A stretch of DNA of 64,000 nt from Candidatus Dadabacteria bacterium (GTDB taxonomy: Bacteria > Desulfobacterota_D > UBA1144 > Nemesobacterales > CSP1-2): contig CAWDVW010000005.1 of NCBI GenBank assembly GCA_963805855.1, positions 288,001-352,000 on the forward strand, read 5' to 3'. Of the stretch, positions 52,341 through 61,058 are shown in pieces. The translations under genes and the position numbers were made by a program. Every line of letters begins with the position of its first letter. The stretch's first letter is position 1. The notes beneath the pieces are model-generated. The model saw only the letters and a list, made by a program, of their open reading frames with translations. It did no database searches and had not been told where the DNA came from.

Positions 52341-52955
52341 TTATGCGCGGCGTAGGCGGTAAATGCGAGGGTTTACGTTCCGCAGTGGCCGGGGTAGACC
52401 AGTAGCATCGAAAGGCTCCTCGTCGGTCACTTTCCAGCCTGCAAACGCCTCCTGTACCTCCCGGGGGCTTGCACCACGCGGAAGCGGGCCTCTGCGGCCC
52501 GGCGCCCAAGCTAGCATGAGAATTGTCGCGTCATCGGTGGCCAGCGCGCTGACCCCCCGACCAACCGCTTGCCGCTGCGCCTGGGTCAGGCCGTGCACAG
52601 TTCCGAAATCCCAAACGAGCCGAAAGCCTGAACCGACGCCGGCGTCTCGAAGCGCCGTCACGTCTCCTCGAACGATCTGAACCTTTACCCCCAGCCCGCT
52701 CGCTCGCGCACGGGCGGCGCACACAGCTTTACGGGCCAGATCCACGCCGGTAACATACCACCCACGCTGCGCCAGAGTTATCGACCAGTGTCCTCTGCCG
52801 CAGCCAAGATCGAGAGCACGGCCGTACGGAGGCTGGCGCCCGCGCTCTTCGCGTTCGAATAGGGCAGTGATATGCCGAACCGCGGGAGAATGTGTGGCGG
52901 CATGTTCCCACGGGGCAAACCCCAGCCAATAGGCTACTGTATAGAACAGGTTCAT
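52341..52955 (-). CDS. Class I SAM-dependent methyltransferase
   Basis: RALDLGCGRG, VTGVD and GDVT motifs; visibly more GC-rich than the host genes. Confidence 0.88.
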   Translation of the reverse strand: MNLFYTVAYWLGFAPWEHAATHSPAVRHITALFEREERGRQPPYGRALDLGCGRGHWSITLAQRGWYVTGVDLARKAVCAARARASGLGVKVQIVRGDVTALRDAGVGSGFRLVWDFGTVHGLTQAQRQAVGRGVSALATDDATILMLAWAPGRRGPLPRGASPREVQEAFAGWKVTDEEPFDATGLPRPLRNVNPRIYRLRRA

Positions 52956-53245
52956 TACTCTCCTCTTTGTTTACGGCAGAGCTCGCGTTCACCCCCATAA
53001 TTATTGCCTTGGGGTCGTTTCTTGACCATATATTGATTGAATGTGTTCACCGTGAGTACGAAAAAGATGGAATCTGTCACTATTTTTTTAACCCCGCCCT
53101 ATCACACAAACAAGTAGCTATAAGTTCGAGGAAGTACTGAAGATATTATAATAATTGGGTTCACTCTACAGAAGATTTTTGATAGACATCAACTTCCCTT
53201 CATCATTGAGTTTTTTCTCCATTGATTAAAAGAAAAAATTACCCC

Positions 53246-53274
53246 TTGACAACTTAAGTAAAATACTTTATTAT
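53246..53274 (+). promoter_or_regulatory. Near-consensus sigma70 promoter with no downstream plus-strand CDS
   Basis: TTGACA-17 nt-TATTAT. Confidence 0.6.
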
Positions 53275-53280
53275 CTCTAT

Positions 53281-53378
53281 TACATATTAAGTGTACGACT
53301 TAACCATGTCATCCTCCATCCTCCTTTAAGAGTGTGGGAACGCTCCCTGACGGGGCAGCGTTCCCACATAAATCATTT
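53281..53378 (+). ncRNA. Candidate small RNA with anti-Shine-Dalgarno motifs
   Basis: Follows the promoter: hairpin TTAAGT-GTACG-ACTTAA, then CATCCTCCATCCTCCTTT, then a strong stem TGTGGGAACGCT...AGCGTTCCCACA. Confidence 0.4.
53333..53368. terminator. Strong GC-rich hairpin (probable terminator)
   Basis: TGTGGGAACGCT-CCCTGACGGGGC-AGCGTTCCCACA, about 60 bp downstream of the minus-strand ORF 53426-53974. Confidence 0.65.
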
Positions 53379-53425
53379 CACTATCTCAGTTCTAGCATAG
53401 AGCTAACCACAATTAGTTAATTTGT

Positions 53426-53974
53426 TCACTCACTAATTTCATCCCAATCCTTCCAAGCTTGTTCCATATCTTTATATGCCATGCAGTCATCGAGGTAAGA
53501 TTCGGGACAATCATCCCAAAGCTTGAATCTCTCAAATAAGGCTTTGATTTTCGGCTTTACTAAAGAAGGTTCGAAGTCGAGATAATTATTCGCTACTGCA
53601 CCGAGCGGAAAAAAAAGTTTGTAGAAAATCACTTGCTTTGGTTCTAATTCGGAGCGAGAAATAAAACCTGTTCGGACAAACCCGAAACCCAGTCCAAAGG
53701 AATGGGCATTGTCTCCAGGAAGCCCAACTTTTTCGGCCGCACTTGATACTAGGATTGTAAAAACCGAAAAAGCTTCCGGCGATGCATAACCATGTTTTGG
53801 AAAACTTTCGTACATTCTAAGTGTCTTTCCTATCAGAGCCTCTTCTTCCCCCCTTACCCATGAGGAATTCATAAGGTCCTCCAATTTGAATTCACCGATG
53901 TCGCCACAGTCATCAAAATAGAGTCTTAAAGTGTCCCATTCTTTTCTTAGTATTTGCTTGGATAATCCGATCAT
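53426..53974 (-). CDS. Hypothetical protein
   Basis: 182-aa ORF with GGAGG upstream; no recognised motif. Confidence 0.6.
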   Translation of the reverse strand: MIGLSKQILRKEWDTLRLYFDDCGDIGEFKLEDLMNSSWVRGEEEALIGKTLRMYESFPKHGYASPEAFSVFTILVSSAAEKVGLPGDNAHSFGLGFGFVRTGFISRSELEPKQVIFYKLFFPLGAVANNYLDFEPSLVKPKIKALFERFKLWDDCPESYLDDCMAYKDMEQAWKDWDEISE

Positions 53975-54367
53975 TTAAGTCCCTCCTTGTATAGATTGGT
54001 TCCAAAAAAGTTTGATTTAATATATGGGCCGGCAAATTTTATGCCGGAAAAGGTGTGAACCGCTTTTAAGTTCCTACATAGACAATAGTATAACGTGCTA
54101 TATTAATAATAAAAGCCCTAAATTTGATTATTTTCCCTTAATTAGTCTAGGAATTGACAATCACGCGCTAGGCAATTAATTAAATATTCTATGCACTTAT
54201 AACAAATCCTCCCTATTCTGAGAAAATGCAAAAACTGCCTTCAAAACACGCGCAGTTGCCTAATTCTCCAGCATTCATAGTATCCATCAACAGGTGACAT
54301 CTGTCACCGGCTTATCGCTAATAATACGCGTATCGAGACCTGATCAATTGTGCCCATTAGCGCAAGA

Positions 54368-55759
54368 TCATCTCATCGCCAGCGCGGCCACCAGTGCCGC
54401 GAGCTTGTTTGTATATCTGACGAGGTCGTCACAGTTTTCCTCATCGCGGTAGCACAATCCCTGATCCTGCGAGGCGAAGTCTTCAGCAAATTTCAAAACC
54501 AGTTCCGGGTACCCGGTGTCCTGGAGGTGCCGCCGCATTTCATTATTCGTCTGATAAGCATAGAGGAGATAACGCATATACACTCCGATGCCGGTATTGT
54601 AATCGTTGTCATCACCGTCTGGAGAACTTCCGATGTTGGGACCTCCGATGGGGTCCACGTGGGGATTCCTCACGTTGCTCCACGGAAAAAACCGGGTGCC
54701 ATCAGAAAGATACTCCTGCACACCATCGGTGATTCTTTTCGCCAGGTTGAGTATGGCCTGCCGGTGGGCTGGGACAGCATCGGTGAACCTCAGCAATCCC
54801 CCCAGGATGAGACCTTGATCGCCCGCCCAGGCTAGATCACTTGAGAAGTCATCGTCCTGCTCGCCGTTGGCGTAGGTGCTTACCCTTTCCCGTACTACCG
54901 CCGGGCCATCCGGATCGGGACCCAAGGGATACAGAAGGGAATTGCTGGTATCACCCGGGAAGTTGAACCAGTTGTTCAGAAAATCCCACTCTCGCATCGC
55001 GGCTTGCTCGGAAAACTGATCCCCGGTGTCTGCTGCCCGCATCGCCGCCGCAACCAAATAAAGCCCGTTGGTGACGGTGTTTTGACGCCCGCAGAAGAAC
55101 TTGGTGTCAGGGGCACACGGGGTTTTGCACATGGTCGGAACACTCTCTGTTGTCCAAAAATAATTCCAGATTCCGCCGTCAAAATATGGCTCAAATTCAT
55201 TGAAAATTTCCGGCGCAAGGTCCCATACGAAGACGCCAGCCTGCATAGTAGTCCAGGTCTGGACGGCAATCGCCTCAAATTGGCGAATCTGATCTTCGGA
55301 CCAGAGGTCGGGATGCTCGAGGGCTCTTTGCGCCGCCACGGCCCACCAACCGAAGTCGTCGTACCAACATGGCGAGGGGGTATGCACGGTGGCAGCATAC
55401 TTTAAGATGACTGCATCCGCGAGGGCCCTTGCCTTTGAGGGATTCATGATGAGGTAGTCAATAACCGTGTCGAAGGCATTCCCCAGCTGCCAATAGTTAC
55501 ATTCGGTGGCGTTGGAATCCACGACACAGCTCCCACTAGATGGTATCCGTTCGAAGATGTGGAGAATCTTTTCATATGCATCGTCGGCTGCGCTCAGAAG
55601 ATTTGCTGGTGCAGGTCCGCCTGGTAGTGGTACCCCTACATCATCTCCGTTACTTTGTCCACCTGCGCCCCCGTCTTCACATCCACTTATAGTGGCTAAA
55701 GTTACAAATATTACCAAGGCAAAAACACAAAAGCCTCTAATCCACATATTAGTTAACAT
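54368..55759 (-). CDS. Glycoside hydrolase family 76-like lipoprotein
   Basis: Lipobox ISGC; YWQLGNAFDTVIDY, WYDDFGWW (DD catalytic pair), GGIW, NTVTNGLY, QGLILGGL and GVYMRYL. Confidence 0.72.
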   Translation of the reverse strand: MLTNMWIRGFCVFALVIFVTLATISGCEDGGAGGQSNGDDVGVPLPGGPAPANLLSAADDAYEKILHIFERIPSSGSCVVDSNATECNYWQLGNAFDTVIDYLIMNPSKARALADAVILKYAATVHTPSPCWYDDFGWWAVAAQRALEHPDLWSEDQIRQFEAIAVQTWTTMQAGVFVWDLAPEIFNEFEPYFDGGIWNYFWTTESVPTMCKTPCAPDTKFFCGRQNTVTNGLYLVAAAMRAADTGDQFSEQAAMREWDFLNNWFNFPGDTSNSLLYPLGPDPDGPAVVRERVSTYANGEQDDDFSSDLAWAGDQGLILGGLLRFTDAVPAHRQAILNLAKRITDGVQEYLSDGTRFFPWSNVRNPHVDPIGGPNIGSSPDGDDNDYNTGIGVYMRYLLYAYQTNNEMRRHLQDTGYPELVLKFAEDFASQDQGLCYRDEENCDDLVRYTNKLAALVAALAMR

Positions 55760-56027
55760 GTTTAACGCTCCTCACATCAATCTTTTTTACTTCAATTCCT
55801 TCGGTTACAACTAAACTTCAAAATCGCATATCAGAAAAGATGTATCGGCACCCCCGTCTCTATATTTCGAATCACCGAATCCGCTAAAAAATCCTACAGG
55901 TAGCAACATCGCCCAGATTATCACTACGTGCACGAAATATCAAAAAAAGGATTAAATAACGCATTTTTAAATCAGCAGGTCACAGGCACCAATTAATGTA
56001 AATCTATATAACAATCATTTTAACAAA

Positions 56028-56384
56028 TTAGCTGGTGACGTCCGGCCGATCAAAACAAGTGTCTGTCACCCCTTTTTTGCGGTAACCCCATGGTCTCAAA
56101 CTCTCTATCACAATATCGTAGCCGTTTTTGACCAGTCCCTTGAAAATTTCCTTTCCCTCTTCTGTTTTTAGGTTAAGCTTTATACTCTTTTTATTCCGGT
56201 TTAGTGCACTAAAGTAGACACCATTTCCTCCAATAGTCGGCGCAATCCAAGGGGAGTAATCCCCCATCTGCGTATCTTCTACCTTCAGGATCTCAGCTCC
56301 AAGGTCTGCGAGAATTAGGGTGGCGTACCCGCCAGGAATAAGTCTCGTTAAATCTAAAACCTTCAAATCTTCGAGTGGAAGCAT
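56028..56384 (-). pseudogene. Truncated CaiB/BaiF class III CoA-transferase (N-terminal ~100 aa only)
   Basis: PLEDLKVLDLTRLIPGGYATLILADLGAEILKVE...LNRNKKSIKLNLK...DIVIESLRP, after which similarity ends; full-length family members are about 400 aa. Confidence 0.85.
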
Positions 56385-56590
56385 TAATCTCCTCCTCCGG
56401 TAGAGTCAAAGAAGTAGGCTTTGTCGCTAAGTTCTTCGAAACAAGGGCGGTCGGTCCTGAACCTGATATCAAAATGCGTTATTCCTTTTATTGCAAATTT
56501 TATATTTGTTGGATTTTCTAATCTTTTCGGCAGAATGTAAAGTTCAGGAGAGACCCCGCAAATTTTATTCCTAATTTCGTATATTTTCAT
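56384..56590 (-). CDS. Small hypothetical protein
   Basis: 68-aa ORF whose stop overlaps the start of the CoA-transferase fragment; no motif. Confidence 0.3.
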   Translation of the reverse strand: MKIYEIRNKICGVSPELYILPKRLENPTNIKFAIKGITHFDIRFRTDRPCFEELSDKAYFFDSTGGGD

Positions 56591-56939
56591 GTATTCGCAT
56601 CATTATCGCACTTGCTCAGCTCTTTTGTCAATACAAAAGCATCTTACACCTCCGGGAGGTCCTGACCTCCCAGAGGTCTTTGCTTTTTATCCAAGCAACC
56701 TAATTCTTCAAGAGATAGTCAGGGGATCGCCACAGGGCTTTGCCGTTAGCCATGACGTTATGGATTCCCGATAACGCTTGTCCTCGACATCCACCCGATG
56801 AATTCATTCGACTCAGGCTTGACCAGGGAATCCTCGGCCACGACCATAGTTGGAGGATTATGGCTATTATCATCGGGTCATACATGGGATCCTAATTTTA
56901 TAACAAGACAATCATGGCCCATGTCACCCGTACGTCACC

Positions 56940-58442
56940 TCAGAGAACGATGGTCTCTGCAAATCTCGGCAGGTGCCTCACCTGCGTCGCCCGCTCAAAG
57001 GCGTAGGCGTAAGCGATTAACTTTCCCTCCTGATAGGGTCCTGCGAAAAATGACAATCCGACGGGAAGCCCATGAACATACCCTGCCGGAACCGTGATGT
57101 GCGGGTAGCCTGCCACCGCAGGAGGAGTTGAACAGCCACCCCTCAGGATGTTATCACCCACGACCGGATCAATCACGAATGGAGGCGATCCCTCGGTGGG
57201 GGCAATTATGGCATCGAGCTTGTGTTCGCTCAGCGCTTTGTCGATTCCGTCTGTACGGGCAAGACGGCGGAGCTCGTCTTTTACCTTAAGGTATGACTCC
57301 TCGGTTAAATCGCCCTTTGTCTGGGCCATTTCAAAGAATTCCTGCTGGAAGTACGGCATGACCTGTGAGGCATGTTCCCTATTGAACCGGATTAATTCCT
57401 CAAGGCTCCTGACTCTGGCTCTCGGATGCTCGACCAGATAACGATTCAAACTAGCCTTGAGACCATAGCGGAATAGTTCTAGTTCTAATTCTCCGAAAAA
57501 GGGCAACGAACTCGACCGGACGGGATCTACTATCTTCGCCCCTAGAGCCTCGAGCTCGCGGATTGCATCCTCGATCACCGCATCGGTCTCTTCATGCTGC
57601 CCAAAGCACTCGCGGGCAACTCCTAACCGAGCTCCGTTAAGGGCTCCCGGGTCAAGAAAAGTGCGATAGTCCTTTGCTTTGCGATTGGTAGTTTCACGCG
57701 TTGCGGGGTCTTTTGGGTCGTAACCAGCCAGTACGCTCAGAACCGTGGCCACATCCGCAACGCAGCGCGCCATAGGGCCAGCGGTGTCCTGCGGAGCTGC
57801 GACCCCAATGATACCCCGGCGACTCACGAGTCCAACGCTTGGCTTGAGTCCAACGATGCTGTTGCTCGATGCAGGCCGGACGATAGATCCGTCTACTTCA
57901 GCGCCAATAGCCACCGAGCAAAAATTGGCTGCAACTGCGACTGCTGAGCCAGAACTTGAACCAAGCGGGCTGCGATCCAGAACATACGGATTACGCGTCT
58001 GTCCGCCACGGCTGCTCCAACCGCTACAAGCTCGGGTGGAACGCATGTAGCCCCACTCACTCATATTCGTCTTTCCCAGAATGACTGCGCCCGCTTCTCG
58101 CAGTTTCTCGATGATGAAGGCATCACGCGGGGCGATGTTGCCTTCCATAGCCAGGGAGCCCGCCGTCGTCATCATCTTATCCGCGGTGTCGATGCTATCC
58201 TTCACAAGCACAGCAACACCATGCATGGGACCGCGAGGACCACTAGTTTGACGCTCCTTATCGAGCGCGTGAGCGATTTCCAAGGCATCGGGATTCAACT
58301 CGATCACCGAGCATAGCCTTGGGCCTGACGCATCGAACTCCGAGATTCGTTTCATGAAGACCTCGCAGAGACCGACAGAATTCCACTCGCCGTGATCAAA
58401 CAGTCCCTGAAGCTCCGCGATCGTATATTCATTCAGCTCCAT
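56940..58442 (-). CDS. Amidase signature family protein
   Basis: VLVKDSIDT, GKTNMSEW, LGSSSGSAVAVAA, DGSIVRPAS and QDTAGPMAR. Confidence 0.93.
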   Translation of the reverse strand: MELNEYTIAELQGLFDHGEWNSVGLCEVFMKRISEFDASGPRLCSVIELNPDALEIAHALDKERQTSGPRGPMHGVAVLVKDSIDTADKMMTTAGSLAMEGNIAPRDAFIIEKLREAGAVILGKTNMSEWGYMRSTRACSGWSSRGGQTRNPYVLDRSPLGSSSGSAVAVAANFCSVAIGAEVDGSIVRPASSNSIVGLKPSVGLVSRRGIIGVAAPQDTAGPMARCVADVATVLSVLAGYDPKDPATRETTNRKAKDYRTFLDPGALNGARLGVARECFGQHEETDAVIEDAIRELEALGAKIVDPVRSSSLPFFGELELELFRYGLKASLNRYLVEHPRARVRSLEELIRFNREHASQVMPYFQQEFFEMAQTKGDLTEESYLKVKDELRRLARTDGIDKALSEHKLDAIIAPTEGSPPFVIDPVVGDNILRGGCSTPPAVAGYPHITVPAGYVHGLPVGLSFFAGPYQEGKLIAYAYAFERATQVRHLPRFAETIVL

Positions 58443-58721
58443 GATAATTCCTCTTCTACAGGGTCTTTGGAGGGATTATTACTCCAAATTAAAGGAGACG
58501 CAACCTCTCGAGGTCTTCGCTTTCTCAGGAGGTCGCCGCAGTGGAGTTTATACCGAGTAGATCGAAGGACGATGAGAACAAAAAAGGAGATTGCTTCACA
58601 CGAGCTCGCAATGACCCTTCTAGGGAGTTGGAACTACGTTCTGGGGCTCGCCATGACTTCCCACCTGATGGCATAATATAGCGGGTATTGGTATCATTTT
58701 ATGTTGCAATAGAAGATAGAA

Positions 58722-59363
58722 ATGAAAATAAGCGAGATATTTTATTCAATTCAGGGTGAGGGAATCGAAATCGGACTCCCTACCGTGTTTGTCCGCCTAT
58801 TCGCATGTGACCTGAGATGTGAATGGTGCGATTCCATGTATGCAGTGGAAGGGAGGGATTTTAAGGAAATGTCAATAGAAGACGTACGGAATATAATTGC
58901 AACATATAATTGTAAGAGGATTTGTATCACAGGGGGAGAGCCCCTATTGCATGGAACAGAATTAGAAGAACTCGCAAACGATTTAGTAAGGAATGAATAC
59001 AAGATCTTACTGGAGACAAGCGGTCATAAGGATCCTCCACCCATTTTTTGGACCGACAATTGCGTCATCAGTATGGATTGCAAGTGTCCAAGTTCAAAAA
59101 TGCAAGATAGGATGGATTTCAGGCTCTTCGAAAAGCTGCGCCCAAAGGATCAGCTAAAATTCGTCATCAATGACGAAGTGGACTACGAATATGCGAAATC
59201 TATTCTAAAAAGCCATAAGATCGAAGCCAGCATTATTTTTCAACCTGTCCATGGTACAAACCTTAAGTGGCTGACAGAAAAGATAATCGAAGACAAGCTT
59301 GAAGATATAAGAATCCTGCCACAACTCCATAAGATGATCTGGGGAGAAAAAAGAGGGGTATGA
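58722..59363 (+). CDS. queE: 7-carboxy-7-deazaguanine synthase (radical SAM)
   Basis: EIFYSIQGEG, FVRLFACDLRCEWCD, ITGGEPLL, ETSG and PQLHKMIWG. Confidence 0.94.
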   Translation: MKISEIFYSIQGEGIEIGLPTVFVRLFACDLRCEWCDSMYAVEGRDFKEMSIEDVRNIIATYNCKRICITGGEPLLHGTELEELANDLVRNEYKILLETSGHKDPPPIFWTDNCVISMDCKCPSSKMQDRMDFRLFEKLRPKDQLKFVINDEVDYEYAKSILKSHKIEASIIFQPVHGTNLKWLTEKIIEDKLEDIRILPQLHKMIWGEKRGV

Positions 59364-59483
59364 GAATCTATTAATAAGGTTTAAAACTGATCAATTTTTG
59401 GGTTAAATTATTAGAGGACAATAATTAAAGGCATTAATCGATTGGATTCTTATGCTGAAAAACTAATGTCCCCATAATCCAAG

Positions 59484-60686
59484 ATGCAGAACGTAAACAA
59501 TACTTATCGACACAATCTTAAGGATAAAAAAAACCGTCATTTTAACGTGGCCATATATGACTCAATCAAGCAGATCGATAAAAATCAATACAATCTAATT
59601 GTAGATCCCGAAAATCCCTTTCTCGAATATGAATTTGTTGAAGCCCTGGAAATTTCCGGTTGTGTCGGCAACGATACGAGCTGGATACCAAGACATATAG
59701 TTCTATACGATAACGAAAAGATTGTAAGCGCCTTGACGTTCTATATGAGGTTCGATTCCTACGGTGAATACATCTTTGATTGGGAGTGGGCACAAGCCTT
59801 CGAGAATGCAGGCCTGCAATATTTTCCCAAGGCGGTGGTGGCAATACCATTTACGCCCGCTAATGGAACGCGCATTCTTGTAGCCCCAGACTACCCGTTT
59901 GAGGAAATAGCTCTCGTTATGGTTAATTGCCTGACTGAATTCTGTGAGAAAGAGCATATCTCGTCTATTCATTTTCTTTTCTTGACCGAGAAGGAGCAAA
60001 TGTTTCTAGAAAAGCTCGGTTTTTTGACCAGGAAAACCCATCAATATCATTGGAAAAATAGAGCATACAACTCTTTTGACGACTTCCTGGACGATTTGCG
60101 CTCAAACAGGAAAAAGCAGATTCGAAAAGAAAGAAGGCAGCTTCGAGAACTTGGTTTGAACATATCGATTATCGAAAAAGACGACATTAAAAGACAGCAC
60201 ATAGACGCAATATGGGAATTTTATTTGGATACAACCTCCAGAAAATGGGGTAGGCCTTATCTGAACAGGCAATTTTTCAATTTAATTTTTGCAAACTTCA
60301 GGCATAGATCGGTTCTGGTTTTGGCGGAGGATAAAGACAAAATGGTCGGTGGTACCTTTAACGTTGTTAAAAACAATAGACTCTTCGGGCGCTACTGGGG
60401 GTCCGTCAGGGATTATAAAAATCTCCATTTCGAATGCTGCTACTATAAGTTGATAGACTATTCAATAGCGAATAAAATTGATATATTTGAAGCCGGTGCA
60501 CAGGGCGAGCATAAATTTCTGAGAGGATTTGTTGCTGTGCCGACCTACAGTTCTCATTTCATCATAAATCGTGAGGCCAGTGAAGCTATTGAAAAATATT
60601 TGAGTAATGAGCGAAATTATATGACAAGATTGATAGACGATTACAACAGGATTTCACCTTTAAAATACTTGCATGAACAAACATAA
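59484..60686 (+). CDS. GNAT/FemAB-like (DUF482) protein
   Basis: SYGEYIFDWEWA, PFTP, GRYWG, LHFECCYY and EAGAQGEHK motifs. Confidence 0.88.
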   Translation: MQNVNNTYRHNLKDKKNRHFNVAIYDSIKQIDKNQYNLIVDPENPFLEYEFVEALEISGCVGNDTSWIPRHIVLYDNEKIVSALTFYMRFDSYGEYIFDWEWAQAFENAGLQYFPKAVVAIPFTPANGTRILVAPDYPFEEIALVMVNCLTEFCEKEHISSIHFLFLTEKEQMFLEKLGFLTRKTHQYHWKNRAYNSFDDFLDDLRSNRKKQIRKERRQLRELGLNISIIEKDDIKRQHIDAIWEFYLDTTSRKWGRPYLNRQFFNLIFANFRHRSVLVLAEDKDKMVGGTFNVVKNNRLFGRYWGSVRDYKNLHFECCYYKLIDYSIANKIDIFEAGAQGEHKFLRGFVAVPTYSSHFIINREASEAIEKYLSNERNYMTRLIDDYNRISPLKYLHEQT

Positions 60687-60716
60687 ATAATAATAATTAA
60701 ACCTAGGAACCAGATC

Positions 60717-61058
60717 ATGTCTGACGAGAAATTAAATATTGAAGATCTTGAGGGAGAGCTTCTAACCGAAGAAGTTACCAAATTAAAAAGACCCGATATG
60801 TACAGGATTGTACTATTGAATGATGATTACACGCCCAGAGAGTTTGTCGTATGGGTGCTTATAAAGGTCTTCCATAAGAATGAAGAAGAAGGTACACGAA
60901 TAATGCTTGAAGCACACACAAGAGGAAAAAGTATTATTGGCGTATATACTTATGACATCGCCAGAACAAAGGTGATGCAGGTGGACAATTTAGCGAAACA
61001 ACACGAGCATCCATTAAAGTGTGACATGGAAGTCGAAGAAGGCGGAGAAGAAGAATGA
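60717..61058 (+). CDS. clpS: ATP-dependent Clp protease adaptor ClpS
   Basis: MYRIVLLNDDYTPREFVV...GVYTYDIARTK...HPL. Confidence 0.96.
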   Translation: MSDEKLNIEDLEGELLTEEVTKLKRPDMYRIVLLNDDYTPREFVVWVLIKVFHKNEEEGTRIMLEAHTRGKSIIGVYTYDIARTKVMQVDNLAKQHEHPLKCDMEVEEGGEEE

